A stretch of 64,000 bases of DNA from a virus (Duplodnaviria > Caudoviricetes): the IMG/VR virus record IMGVR_UViG_3300031555_005762, positions 1 to 64,000 of that record. The stretch is one strand, 5' to 3'. Both the position numbers and the translations under genes were made by a program. Positions 27,566 to 37,089 of this stretch are shown one piece after another. Under the pieces are notes generated by a model. It saw nothing but the letters and a program-made list of their open reading frames with translations, did not search any database and was not told where the DNA came from. The stretch's first letter is position 1, and the number at the start of each line of letters is the position of its first letter.

Positions 27566-27817
27566 TTAATACAGATCGTACGGATATGGGGCAATCTCTC
27601 CGTACATTGCAATGATTTCTTCATCTGTCTTTTTCAGTACGTCGAATATGTATCTGACTTCTTCGCAGCCATCCTGAAGACATTTTGCGATATGGATCAT
27701 GCCGTCCTCTGTAAGATTGTCGCAGGACGGCGAGCAAGGCATGGACAAATCCAGCATACATTTTGCGCATTTCTTCATGCAGCCGCATTCGCCGCCGCAG
27801 TATCCTTTAATTGCCAT
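27566..27817 (-). CDS. Cys-rich hypothetical protein
   Basis: Start MAIKGYCGGECGC. Confidence 0.75.
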   Translation of the reverse strand: MAIKGYCGGECGCMKKCAKCMLDLSMPCSPSCDNLTEDGMIHIAKCLQDGCEEVRYIFDVLKKTDEEIIAMYGEIAPYPYDLY

Positions 27818-27827
27818 ATTTTTCTCC

Positions 27828-28064
27828 TTAATGAACAATGTGTTCTTCTACGTACCAGTCGTAACTGATGCCTGTATCCGGTACGAAAATGAGCCAGTGG
27901 TCTTCGCCTTTTCCGGCGTACAATCCGGGGTAGTTTTCCTTTTCCAGCTCGCTGTAGATATACTCGAATTGTTCGTCCGCGGCGGCTATGGCTTTTTCGG
28001 GGGTATCATACAGGGTGATTGTGGAATCTTCGCCGCAGTCACATCTTACGGAATAGACAGTCAT
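27828..28064 (-). CDS. Hypothetical protein
   Basis: 78 aa ORF. Confidence 0.7.
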   Translation of the reverse strand: MTVYSVRCDCGEDSTITLYDTPEKAIAAADEQFEYIYSELEKENYPGLYAGKGEDHWLIFVPDTGISYDWYVEEHIVH

Positions 28065-28067
28065 AGT

Positions 28068-28295
28068 TCACTTCCCTCCCCGCAGGCAGAAAGGCTTGAC
28101 CACATAGTATACAGGAGATGTGGAGTATTCTTCTTCCATTCTATTCGCATCTTCATTCAGGTCTTTTGCGATGGAATCTGCCATTTCCTTTTCGGCACAG
28201 ACGCTGATAAGTTCACTGGTTGTTGGCGTTTCACCATATTCATCCACATAAGACGACAGATCGCGGATTTCGATTACGGCATACACTACAGTCAT
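28068..28295 (-). CDS. Hypothetical protein
   Basis: 75 aa ORF with ATGA coupling. Confidence 0.7.
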   Translation of the reverse strand: MTVVYAVIEIRDLSSYVDEYGETPTTSELISVCAEKEMADSIAKDLNEDANRMEEEYSTSPVYYVVKPFCLRGGK

Positions 28296-28501
28296 GCGGG
28301 CACCTCCTCGTTCCAGGCGATACAGAAGGGGTAGACTTCCTCGAACAGGTCGGGGTCGGCAGGATCTTCGATTGTCTTTTCTGCCAGATAGTCCGGACGG
28401 CTTCTGCCTTTACTGGCGTACAGGACGCCGCCGTGGGATTTCCGGAAGAATTTTGCTTCTTCAAGGGTCTGGAAAAACTTTCTTTTATGGGCGATTCTCA
28501 T
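28292..28501 (-). CDS. Hypothetical protein
   Basis: 69 aa ORF with RBS. Confidence 0.7.
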   Translation of the reverse strand: MRIAHKRKFFQTLEEAKFFRKSHGGVLYASKGRSRPDYLAEKTIEDPADPDLFEEVYPFCIAWNEEVPA

Positions 28502-28740
28502 GTGGTTTCCTCCTGTTCGTATGTATCTTCCAGAATGTCGGTCAGCAGGATTCCCATATTGGTGATCTCTGCCGAGGTGCTTCTATATGTCTTAATGGTG
28601 TTCGTGGCGTAGGGTTCTTCGGCTTCGGTTTCCTTTGCCAGTTCCTCAAACATATCGGACAGGAAACCGCAGATGTCCTCTACCTCACATTCCAGAAGGA
28701 CATATTCGCGCAGTTTTTCTTTGATTTTAGCCTTGGTCAT
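28498..28740 (-). CDS. Hypothetical protein
   Basis: Start MTKAKIK with RBS. Confidence 0.7.
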   Translation of the reverse strand: MTKAKIKEKLREYVLLECEVEDICGFLSDMFEELAKETEAEEPYATNTIKTYRSTSAEITNMGILLTDILEDTYEQEETT

Positions 28741-29251
28741 CTTCGATTTCCTCCTCAAGATCCAGCAGATATTCGTAACCGAAGTATCGGATTTCAGCTT
28801 CGGTCAGGCCGTCGTTTTTCAGGCGCTGCAAGTGGTTGCTGCCGGAGATGTTGTTATAGTCTTCTGCGATACCGGAGAGCAGGTTATTTACAATGCTGAG
28901 AAGACGTTTATACGGGATGGGTGCTTTGTCATCGTAGACATCGGGCGGGGCCAGAAAGAAGACACCTTCGTAGGCCATGTACAGGGTGAGATTTGAGGGG
29001 TGAAGATCCTTCATTTCTTCGGCGCAGCACAGGACGGCTTCGATGAAGGCTGCGTTTTCAACAGGGATGCCGATATTCTCCTGATACTTATGGATCCGTT
29101 CGGTATCGGCCAACAGTTTTTTGACATTGCGGGAACCTTCTTCGAACAGGGTGTACACAGCGCTGCGGAAAATCATATCACCGGCGCTGGTATATTTGGT
29201 GCGGATTTCGTTCAGCCTTTTGGCGGTTTCTTTGTATGTACTGTAGGTCAT
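28727..29251 (-). CDS. Hypothetical protein
   Basis: 174 aa ORF with overlap coupling. Confidence 0.75.
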   Translation of the reverse strand: MTYSTYKETAKRLNEIRTKYTSAGDMIFRSAVYTLFEEGSRNVKKLLADTERIHKYQENIGIPVENAAFIEAVLCCAEEMKDLHPSNLTLYMAYEGVFFLAPPDVYDDKAPIPYKRLLSIVNNLLSGIAEDYNNISGSNHLQRLKNDGLTEAEIRYFGYEYLLDLEEEIEDDQG

Positions 29252-29523
29252 GCGGACTTTTCCTCCTTGAAATAGGATTCGATGGACAGGATGATGGCGG
29301 TGGTGGGGTTGTACTCCTTCATGTGGATCAGGCGCATGGCGGATTTGGTGACTGCCTTGACTGCTTTCTGTTTTTCGGGGAACGGCAGGTGCAGGAAGGC
29401 GGGGTATTCCTTGATGCGGTCTTCTACGTCATGGAGCATAAACAGAAGCTGCTGTTCTTCGTAGGCACGGAACAGTTCCTCTTTGGTGAGGGTGATTCGC
29501 TGGTCATTTCTGGTGATTGTCAT
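29248..29523 (-). CDS. Hypothetical protein
   Basis: 91 aa ORF. Confidence 0.7.
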   Translation of the reverse strand: MTITRNDQRITLTKEELFRAYEEQQLLFMLHDVEDRIKEYPAFLHLPFPEKQKAVKAVTKSAMRLIHMKEYNPTTAIILSIESYFKEEKSA

Positions 29524-29968
29524 TTTGTTCCTCCGGGTATTTTTCGTGAACGAGGGAATTCAGGATTCCGATCTGTTTTTCGCGGACGGCTTTTACGTAA
29601 GCAGCAACGTTGGTTTCAATTTCTTCCAGTGTGCCTACGACGCCTCCGTAGCCGTCGCCTTCAACCTGAAGACAAACCCATCTTGGATACGGTTTAGGAT
29701 CGTAAGTTTCATCGGCGCAGTCGCTGTTCAGGTAAAACTTCTGCATGGCTGCCAGTTCTTCGTAACTGCGGACATAAAGCCACATATAATCGGAAGAGTC
29801 TCCTCCGGCTATAGAACAATAGTGCTCAAAACGAGGGGTATTATATCCAACGGTTCTTTCATATTCGACACAAGCTTCTTCGGAGTTGAATTCGGTGCCG
29901 TCTTCTGCCAAATAGGCATTCACGGATTTGTATGTTGTTACAGGAATGCTTTTCGTAATTCTTCTCAT
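29504..29968 (-). CDS. Hypothetical protein
   Basis: 154 aa; YLAEDGTEFNSEEACVEYE. Confidence 0.75.
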   Translation of the reverse strand: MRRITKSIPVTTYKSVNAYLAEDGTEFNSEEACVEYERTVGYNTPRFEHYCSIAGGDSSDYMWLYVRSYEELAAMQKFYLNSDCADETYDPKPYPRWVCLQVEGDGYGGVVGTLEEIETNVAAYVKAVREKQIGILNSLVHEKYPEEQNDNHQK

Positions 29969-29971
29969 AAT

Positions 29972-30589
29972 TTATCCTTCCTTTATGATTTTGAAGTTTT
30001 CGGGGATGGTGGCGGAGTAGATTCTGCCGTTTTTGAACCACTTGAGTTTGCCGTTATAGTGGCAGCGTAGCAGTCGGATTTGTTCTCCGGCTTTGGTGCC
30101 GTCTGTGAGGTCGTATTTTGCCGGGAACTCGATGACACTTCCCTCTTTCAGTCTTGCCAGTGTGTTTTTCCATTTCCGCTTTGCTTCGCAGCGGTTCCGC
30201 CAATTTTCAGCGTACTCTGTGGTGGGCGGAGGGAGAAGATCGAGGATCTTTTTGGGGCAGTCACACTCGGCAGGGCCCATGGATTCGTCGATGGATTTAT
30301 GCCAGAAGGTATCTCCGGTGATTCTTGTGAGCTCGACCATACCGAAGACCCGTTTTTCGGTCAGCTCTGGGTGATCGGTTACGGATACGTGCTGTTCAAC
30401 GGCCCCGTACCATGTGGCACCGACCATAGAAGAAGCAAGGGGTTTGGAAATGCAGATTTTCGTTTCCATTTTGCCGTTTACATCGATACAGGTTTTGGAT
30501 GTGAAATTCCAGATGGCGTCGCATTCGGCTTTGCGGTCGCATTTTCCTTCGGAAGTATAATATGTAATGGTGTCGCCGTACCAGCCCAT
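29972..30589 (-). CDS. DUF6927-like protein
   Basis: MGW...K.IDESMGP...CP.KILDLL......A.NWR.RC pattern. Confidence 0.6.
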   Translation of the reverse strand: MGWYGDTITYYTSEGKCDRKAECDAIWNFTSKTCIDVNGKMETKICISKPLASSMVGATWYGAVEQHVSVTDHPELTEKRVFGMVELTRITGDTFWHKSIDESMGPAECDCPKKILDLLPPPTTEYAENWRNRCEAKRKWKNTLARLKEGSVIEFPAKYDLTDGTKAGEQIRLLRCHYNGKLKWFKNGRIYSATIPENFKIIKEG

Positions 30590-30609
30590 ATGGGTTCCTC
30601 CTTTTGTTG

Positions 30610-30851
30610 TTAAAGTTTAATCCACCAGTCCGGGGCAATATACCAGGTGTTATCCTGCTTATCTCTGGCAAGGCCGATCCCTTTGAAGAAATCGGCGCTG
30701 TCCAGAGTCAGAACCTGATTGTTGCCGTTTTCAGATGGATCCGAAAGGGTTCGGATTCGTAATCTATCACCTTGGTTGTATAGGTGCCGTCTGTGATATA
30801 GACGATTTCGCCGCGCTGCAGGGCTTCTTCCAATATTTGTAGCCAGTACAT
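30610..30851 (-). pseudogene. Small gene split by a single frameshift
   Basis: RBS-ATG 30851 frame stops at codon 48, while a protein-like -1 frame (SENGNNQVLTLDSADFFKGIG...WWIKL) runs to TAA 30610. Confidence 0.45.
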
Positions 30852-30860
30852 ACGCTCACC

Positions 30861-31109
30861 TCAATCCGGGACACACTGGATGTACAGATTCACAAAGTTG
30901 GCAGCGGCGTAGTTCTTTTCTGCGGCGTGGAATTTGCAATCCGGGATATCTTCGATGATTTCCCAGTCAAGGTCTTTTGCCAGAGCCTTTTCGGTTTCAA
31001 GAGCTTCACGATAGGTATCGATGGCTTCCGGCATGGTATGTTTTACAGCCAGAATGTCGGTGGCTCCGGCACATTCTTCGGCCCATTCCATGATGATCAG
31101 GTAATGCAT
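30861..31109 (-). CDS. Hypothetical protein
   Basis: 82 aa ORF with GGAGG RBS. Confidence 0.75.
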   Translation of the reverse strand: MHYLIIMEWAEECAGATDILAVKHTMPEAIDTYREALETEKALAKDLDWEIIEDIPDCKFHAAEKNYAAANFVNLYIQCVPD

Positions 31110-31120
31110 TCAGTCCTCCT

Positions 31121-31390
31121 TTAAGGGATATAATCGAATTCTGCGGGGCCTCCGGAATCCTGTACATATTGTATACAGGATTCTACGGTAAACTCCGTTC
31201 CGTATTCCGGCCACTGCTCAAAGGTATCCGGGGAATCGAAATAGGACAGGATCATCGAAACAAGATGCTCGATAGATGTTTTGGGTGTATATCCGATTTC
31301 AGTGATCCAGTCTGCTATGCGGTCACAGTCACATTTTTTCTGTTCGGCGGTATCTGGAATATATGTCCATCTGCCATAGGTATCGACCAT
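31121..31390 (-). CDS. Hypothetical protein
   Basis: 89 aa ORF with RBS. Confidence 0.75.
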   Translation of the reverse strand: MVDTYGRWTYIPDTAEQKKCDCDRIADWITEIGYTPKTSIEHLVSMILSYFDSPDTFEQWPEYGTEFTVESCIQYVQDSGGPAEFDYIP

Positions 31391-31392
31391 AG

Positions 31393-32217
31393 TTAGTCCT
31401 CCGTTTCGATTTTGTCTGCCATAACGGCGTAGCGGCGGTAGTCCTGTCCGCAGCCCCAGCTGATCTGGTTATAATATTCGTGTTCTGCGGTTTCGTCATT
31501 CTGGTCGTAGGAGGATTCCATGAGGCTGCCGTACAGGGGGTATCTGGTGGTTGCGCCGGGGTTGAAGCGGGCGAGTTCTTCCTTCATGTCGATCCGGAAA
31601 TTTTCCATATAGGTTCTGGCTTCCCGTTCGGCTTCTTCGGCGGTTCTGCAGATCTGGCGGATGCGGTAGATATATTCGTGGGTATCGGCGTTTTCGTACA
31701 AGGTGGATACGGTGTACAGCGTTTTGGGGATGGCGGTCGGCTTGGGTTCGGGAGTAATGAATTTTTCAAAATCCCGATATACATTTTCTTCGAACATTTT
31801 GATCAGGTCATTCTTAATCTCCCGTTTTTCGTATGGGATCATCAAAATGATCTCATGGCCGAAAGCGTCTGTGTCCTTACCGTACAGAATCTCACAGCCG
31901 GGACAGGTTAAAGTTTCGGCGTAGTTTCTCAGGTTGTTTTCCCGTTCCGGCTCGATTATATCCGGCATCACATCTTCCAGATAGTTGTAATCGAACAGAG
32001 CGACGTATGCGGTATAAGCTTTGTAGTTCCAGGAAACGACATATTCGGGTCTGTCATTACGCTTTGCCATGTACAATTCCTGTTCCCGGAGAGGCATAAC
32101 GGTAATATCCTGAGCAGGGTTATAACTGTCTACGGCGTATGGATTGATGAGTTCACCCTCCGCATTACACCAGTATTGAAACGACTGATTTTCGTAGATT
32201 TCATTCAGGTCTTTCAT
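31393..32217 (-). CDS. Hypothetical protein, N-domain paralogous to 32770-33606
   Basis: Start MKDLNE; Y.CN..GEL..PY motif. Confidence 0.8.
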   Translation of the reverse strand: MKDLNEIYENQSFQYWCNAEGELINPYAVDSYNPAQDITVMPLREQELYMAKRNDRPEYVVSWNYKAYTAYVALFDYNYLEDVMPDIIEPERENNLRNYAETLTCPGCEILYGKDTDAFGHEIILMIPYEKREIKNDLIKMFEENVYRDFEKFITPEPKPTAIPKTLYTVSTLYENADTHEYIYRIRQICRTAEEAEREARTYMENFRIDMKEELARFNPGATTRYPLYGSLMESSYDQNDETAEHEYYNQISWGCGQDYRRYAVMADKIETED

Positions 32218-32755
32218 CCTGTACCTCCTTGATATAATCATAGATGGCGTCCTCGATGGTGCGCCAGTATGCGTCGTTGTAGGTGAAGTCTCCGGACTGG
32301 CGGGTTTCTGCCAGATCCAGGATTTCGTAGAAGTCGGGGCCTATATCTTCTGGGATTTCGCCGTCGGCGGTCATTTCTTCCCATTTCTGCTCCACATCGG
32401 ACTTCATGCCTTCTTTCAGGAATTCGGTTTTCAGATTGTATGCTTCGAGGTCGGTCAGTTCGATGATTCTGGTGCCGAGGTCGTATTTGGTACTGGGGAT
32501 GACTTCGGCGATTTTACGGAATCGGATGTATTCTCCCAGTTCACTTTGAGACCATCCGTCGTAGCCGTACAGATATTTCGTATCGGTATACAGAGGGACG
32601 ATACCAAGCTGTTCTATCATCAACTCCCAATCCCGGATATCTGTAACGGATACAGAGATAAATCCGGATTCCTGCAGGATGGTTTTATAGGATCCATGGT
32701 TCTTTTGTATGTATACATGAGTGATTCCGGGATTTTTATATAATTCGATTACCAT
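32201..32755 (-). CDS. Hypothetical protein
   Basis: 184 aa ORF with RBS. Confidence 0.75.
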   Translation of the reverse strand: MVIELYKNPGITHVYIQKNHGSYKTILQESGFISVSVTDIRDWELMIEQLGIVPLYTDTKYLYGYDGWSQSELGEYIRFRKIAEVIPSTKYDLGTRIIELTDLEAYNLKTEFLKEGMKSDVEQKWEEMTADGEIPEDIGPDFYEILDLAETRQSGDFTYNDAYWRTIEDAIYDYIKEVQDERPE

Positions 32756-32769
32756 GCGGGTTCCTCCTT

Positions 32770-33606
32770 TTACAGGTGATTTGTCAGCTTGGACAGAAAT
32801 TTTGCGACGTCGAGGATAACATCTTCGTCAATGAGATAAGTGGTGCAGTAATATTCTCTGCCCAGGCACAGAACGGTTTTTGGGAATGTGGTATCACTGA
32901 AAACTACATCCGGAAGCTCGGCATAGTCCCCATCAAATTTTGTGTCCAGAACTTCCTTCTGGTACCATTCTGCCTGTTCTCTGTTTTGGAAGGTGACCAG
33001 TTTAGAGAAATCCGGTTCGGTGTCCCAACTCACATAAGGAACATAGATATCTGTTTCCTCCGGAGGAGTGATTTTCGACTTACCGAATTTGTCTGTGAAT
33101 TCTTCCCCGAATGATTTATCTGCCACCTTTATCAGATTGGCCCACTCATGGATCTTGCCACGATTTTTATACGGGATCAGCAGAAGGAATTCCGCTTTAT
33201 CAGTCATGTCGGATCTACTCATTGACCAGAAGTCCAGATAACATTCAGCGTCGGGCCCGAGCAGAATTTCCAGATTGGTGAAGAAATCGATCATCCATTT
33301 CTGCCAGTCTTCCGGGATATTTCTGACGCTGTAATCCACTTCGCCAGACAGCAGTTCATGCAGACAGTCGCCGTCGTATTCCATGGCCAGAATCATATAA
33401 GCCATGCCGTCTCTGGTTGCCACATAGGCATACGTAGGCTGGTCGAGGTATGCTTCGTACAGATCCCGTTCTGCCGGAGAAAGGAATGACGGGTCGTCGT
33501 AGTTCGTCGGGTTATAGGGGTCGGCCAGTTCGCCGCCGCTGTTGCAGCGATAGGTAAGGTTGTCGAGGTGGGTTTTGTAGTCCTGTTCGGTATAGATAAC
33601 TTTCAT
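32770..33606 (-). CDS. Hypothetical protein, N-domain paralogous to 31393-32217
   Basis: Start MKVIYT; YRCNSGGELADPY. Confidence 0.8.
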   Translation of the reverse strand: MKVIYTEQDYKTHLDNLTYRCNSGGELADPYNPTNYDDPSFLSPAERDLYEAYLDQPTYAYVATRDGMAYMILAMEYDGDCLHELLSGEVDYSVRNIPEDWQKWMIDFFTNLEILLGPDAECYLDFWSMSRSDMTDKAEFLLLIPYKNRGKIHEWANLIKVADKSFGEEFTDKFGKSKITPPEETDIYVPYVSWDTEPDFSKLVTFQNREQAEWYQKEVLDTKFDGDYAELPDVVFSDTTFPKTVLCLGREYYCTTYLIDEDVILDVAKFLSKLTNHL

Positions 33607-33617
33607 TTGGTTCCTCC

Positions 33618-34085
33618 TTAACCATAAATTCTGTTTTCGACCGGCAGATCCCAGCACTCTATAAAGATTTCTTCGTCGCCAGGACCCATACAGCAATCAG
33701 TAACCAGATCCTCTCCGTCGTACACCCAATACCACATTCCGACGCCGGAAAAATCATGGTTTTCGTCGAGATCGTTCATGCGCTTCTGCCAGTCCTTCAG
33801 GAATTCTTCCGGGGAGTCATACGTACAGAAAGTGTGTACAGTTGTGTCCATCAGATCGTATGTAAAATTCACATACCGGTCAATCTCATTACCATTGGAG
33901 TCGAATTCTTCATCGGGAGGATCTGTGATTGCCATGATGATCCTGCCTTTCGGCACATCGATATCGAATGAGCCACCGCATTCTGGACAGGATACATGCC
34001 AGCCGAGTTCATCAATAGAAACCCACTTGCTGTAGAATTGGTGTTCGCAGTGGGGACAGATGAAGTTTTTATCGAGAGTTTTCAT
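33618..34085 (-). CDS. Zinc-ribbon protein
   Basis: CPHC...CPECG; start MKTLDK. Confidence 0.75.
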   Translation of the reverse strand: MKTLDKNFICPHCEHQFYSKWVSIDELGWHVSCPECGGSFDIDVPKGRIIMAITDPPDEEFDSNGNEIDRYVNFTYDLMDTTVHTFCTYDSPEEFLKDWQKRMNDLDENHDFSGVGMWYWVYDGEDLVTDCCMGPGDEEIFIECWDLPVENRIYG

Positions 34086-34107
34086 TTGGTTCCTCCTTTT
34101 GATTAGA

Positions 34108-34755
34108 TTACCACGGGAATTCATCTTTGTTTTCGTTCTGTCTGTGCTCCGCCAGCTTCTGCTCGAATTCTTCTTCGTTCAGGAGCCACCAGTCTTCATG
34201 CCGCCAGAAGCTGAGGTACATTTCGTCAAAGCGATCCCCGATGCCCTGCTGTTCGAAGCTCTCGCCCCAACCGTCGGAGAGCTGACCGGTTATGTAGTCT
34301 TTTAGCTCGGATTCTTCTTCCGGGGTCAGGGGATCTATGAGAGAGACGGTGATAGCACCATAGAGACCGACGTTCAGACAATATTTTACGCCGATATTAA
34401 TGTAGTAGATTTTTCGCAAGGTCTGAAAAGGAGCATCAAAGTATTCTGTGAGATCACAGGGAGCATTGTGCTTGTACAGCTCGATGCCCTTTTGTATATC
34501 ATAAACATGTTTGGAAATTTCCCACGGGTCGATGATTTTTGCTCCATTCCGGCGCAAGGTAAGCGGGCAATAGAAGGTTTGGAAAATCATATCTTCTGTG
34601 GAAATATTGTCATATCCGGCGTTCCTGATGCTGTCTGCGAGGGTATTCATGTAGGAAAACATATCATTTTCGGAAACACGGCATTCGAACGCATCCGGAG
34701 CATTATCGAGAATTTCAAGCAGTTCATTGTACAGGTGTTCAATGCGTCTTAACAT
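34108..34755 (-). CDS. Hypothetical protein with ITGQLSDGWGESFEQ motif
   Basis: 215 aa ORF with RBS. Confidence 0.8.
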   Translation of the reverse strand: MLRRIEHLYNELLEILDNAPDAFECRVSENDMFSYMNTLADSIRNAGYDNISTEDMIFQTFYCPLTLRRNGAKIIDPWEISKHVYDIQKGIELYKHNAPCDLTEYFDAPFQTLRKIYYINIGVKYCLNVGLYGAITVSLIDPLTPEEESELKDYITGQLSDGWGESFEQQGIGDRFDEMYLSFWRHEDWWLLNEEEFEQKLAEHRQNENKDEFPW

Positions 34756-34964
34756 TTGGTTCCTCCTGAAATTTTATAATATGTATCGGCGTCTACGTGG
34801 TACAGGTACTTGCCGGCCTGAACGCACAGAACTTCTTTTGCGCCGTAAATCCCGCCGCCCCAGATGCGTTTCATACCGGCTACATTGGGATAGGGGCCGG
34901 CGTTGGGAAAACGGGAAAGGTTCAGACGTTCGGCTTCTTCTCTGGATATACGAAGGGTTTTCAT
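34749..34964 (-). CDS. Hypothetical protein
   Basis: 71 aa ORF. Confidence 0.7.
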   Translation of the reverse strand: MKTLRISREEAERLNLSRFPNAGPYPNVAGMKRIWGGGIYGAKEVLCVQAGKYLYHVDADTYYKISGGTKC

Positions 34965-35254
34965 TTCTTACCTCTCAGATTCGTGATATGGTCGGGATAT
35001 ACTGCCATGAGTTCGCCCTTCGTAAAGAACCATGTATCCTTGTGTGTAAGCTGCTCTGTTACCCGGATCTGGGTGTACAGAATACTGTGGGGAGACCATG
35101 GAAATTTTGTGAGGGTTCCTTTTACAGTAATCTTATCACCGTCAGAGCATTCTATAAATACAGTTACTTCTGCTCCTGGTATCATATCTTCGATACGGAT
35201 ACCGTAACTGTTTCTGCCTCCATTTCTGTCAAAATCTGCTTTATAATACAACAT
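34961..35254 (-). CDS. Hypothetical protein
   Basis: 97 aa ORF. Confidence 0.65.
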   Translation of the reverse strand: MLYYKADFDRNGGRNSYGIRIEDMIPGAEVTVFIECSDGDKITVKGTLTKFPWSPHSILYTQIRVTEQLTHKDTWFFTKGELMAVYPDHITNLRGKK

Positions 35255-35257
35255 AAT

Positions 35258-35890
35258 TCAATGCTGATGAAACCATACGGCTTCTCCCTTCTTCAGTTTC
35301 CAGCAGCTTGCGTCTGTTCTGACACAGTCTCCGCAGTGGCCGCTGCATTCTCTGGCGTGGGCTGGGATATTGCTTGGGGTTTCGTCCGACTTGAACTTCA
35401 CCCAGCTTTCGGGGAAGTTATGGGGATTCGGGCATGGAAAATCCCCCCATCTGGAATATACAATCCGCAGATTGGAGGGAATGATGTGTTTTTCGGCTAT
35501 GTAGTTGTTGATCATCTCATACTTCTTAGTAAAACATAAGAAGCTTGTCTCTCTGTGGGCTCTGGCGAGCCGGCACATTCTCCGCAGGAAATCTTCGTCC
35601 GGGATGTCGCCGGAGCTGAACCATCGGAAGAATCTATAGGGGATATCCTTCAGGTACAGGTCGATTTCCGTGAAGAAGCGGTCGGGGTCGGCGTTCCAGA
35701 GGTCGAGATTCCGCTGCAGGCAGTCCTTGACGTTTCTGAAGACGAAGCGGCCGTGGGTGGCGTAGCAGAGCTTCTTACAGGGGGCGTCTTCCCGGCAGGT
35801 CTGGATGGGCGGCAGGTTTACGGCGGGGATTCTGTCGCCGAGTTTGGAAATGCCGTTGGTTATATGCACTGGCACTTTTGTTCCCTCCAA
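35258..35890 (-). CDS. GP88-like (radical SAM-related) phage protein
   Basis: NLPP..TC....PC...CYA..G; FRWFSSGDIPD; FLCFTKK; C-terminal CSGHCGDC..CW. Confidence 0.7.
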   Translation of the reverse strand: MEGTKVPVHITNGISKLGDRIPAVNLPPIQTCREDAPCKKLCYATHGRFVFRNVKDCLQRNLDLWNADPDRFFTEIDLYLKDIPYRFFRWFSSGDIPDEDFLRRMCRLARAHRETSFLCFTKKYEMINNYIAEKHIIPSNLRIVYSRWGDFPCPNPHNFPESWVKFKSDETPSNIPAHARECSGHCGDCVRTDASCWKLKKGEAVWFHQH

Positions 35891-35912
35891 TCTATTTGGT
35901 TGTGAATGAGCT

Positions 35913-36137
35913 TTAGGGTTCTATGACTTCGTAATTCAGAATTTTTCCTTTAATGAATTTGTTTTGGAATTCTTCGACCATTTTCGACTCGAACTCCGCT
36001 TCTGTCATACGAAGAACAGCGAAATCAATCTGGAGATCTAAGTTTAAGTATGGCCTGCACAAATAGGCTGCGTGAACATCATAGATTTTTTCAACGTCCG
36101 GTTCTGCCCACCATATATATTTGATTTTCATAGGCAC
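35913..36137 (-). CDS. Hypothetical protein (AT-rich)
   Basis: 74 aa ORF. Confidence 0.6.
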   Translation of the reverse strand: MPMKIKYIWWAEPDVEKIYDVHAAYLCRPYLNLDLQIDFAVLRMTEAEFESKMVEEFQNKFIKGKILNYEVIEP

Positions 36138-36138
36138 C

Positions 36139-37074
36139 TCACAGACCTACCCTTTCCATGACCTTCTGAGTGAAGGTATCCAGAACCGGGTGGCCGTCCA
36201 TCAGTTTGCCCCAGTTGTTTTCCCGGTAGTTTGCAGTCTGGCGTTTGGGAGCGTTATGGGTGACCATATCGGACATGGCGTTGATGGCACCCCATGCGGT
36301 TCCCACGAACTTGGCGATATCCGGGGCGAAGTAGCAGACCATGTACTCGTCCTTGGTGCGCTTTACGGTTTCCTTGCGGCGGTCGGAGTCGTCTTCCTGT
36401 ACCGGCCACATTTCGTTCAGGATTTCATCGAGGGTTTGTCTTGTGATTGCGGCGTTGGCAAGGTCGTCGGCTTTCTTATCGAGGTTGTACATATACTCTT
36501 CGCTGAAGGCCAGAACTTCTCTTGCTTCCTGCATTTTCTCGTTCAGGTCGCCGACGTGTTTGGTTGCCCAGTGGCGCTTGGCTTCACGGAGAGCGATGGT
36601 CAGGGTGTTATTGCAGACCACACGGATGGGGGTTACACAGGCTCTGATGGCTCCGGAACCGTCGTGGGTATTGGTGAAACAGAGGTAGGGATCTACCTCG
36701 TCACCAGCTACCTTTGTCTGGGGGAGCTTGGCAAGGAGCCAGACGGTTTTTCCGTCTCTCAGGCTGCCTGCGGTTTCGTATCTGACATCTCCGCCAATGA
36801 GGTTATCTGTAAAACTAAATGCTTCTGTGTTCTGGCAGATTCTGTAGCGGTCGGTGACTATTCCCAGAACGTTGTTGTCTTTGGACCTGGTATTGGCTTT
36901 CCAGCCAGGGATTTCGATTCCGGCTTCGGTGTAGATGGGTTCGGAGGTTACCTCCCAGTCCAGACCAGCGAGACGGAGGGCTTCGGCGCTGGTGGGGGCG
37001 GTTTCGACTCTTGTTCCAAAACCGTACCACGGAACTTCTCTTACGTACATTACGCTTTCAACCATGTGTGCCAT
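36139..37074 (-). CDS. DUF932 / phage-plasmid-like protein (TIGR03299 type)
   Basis: MAHMVESVMYVREVPW.G.G; AGLDWEV; YRICQN; YETAGSL.DGK; NTHDGSG; TPIRVVCNNTL. Confidence 0.88.
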   Translation of the reverse strand: MAHMVESVMYVREVPWYGFGTRVETAPTSAEALRLAGLDWEVTSEPIYTEAGIEIPGWKANTRSKDNNVLGIVTDRYRICQNTEAFSFTDNLIGGDVRYETAGSLRDGKTVWLLAKLPQTKVAGDEVDPYLCFTNTHDGSGAIRACVTPIRVVCNNTLTIALREAKRHWATKHVGDLNEKMQEAREVLAFSEEYMYNLDKKADDLANAAITRQTLDEILNEMWPVQEDDSDRRKETVKRTKDEYMVCYFAPDIAKFVGTAWGAINAMSDMVTHNAPKRQTANYRENNWGKLMDGHPVLDTFTQKVMERVGL

Positions 37075-37089
37075 ATTGTTATCTCCTTT

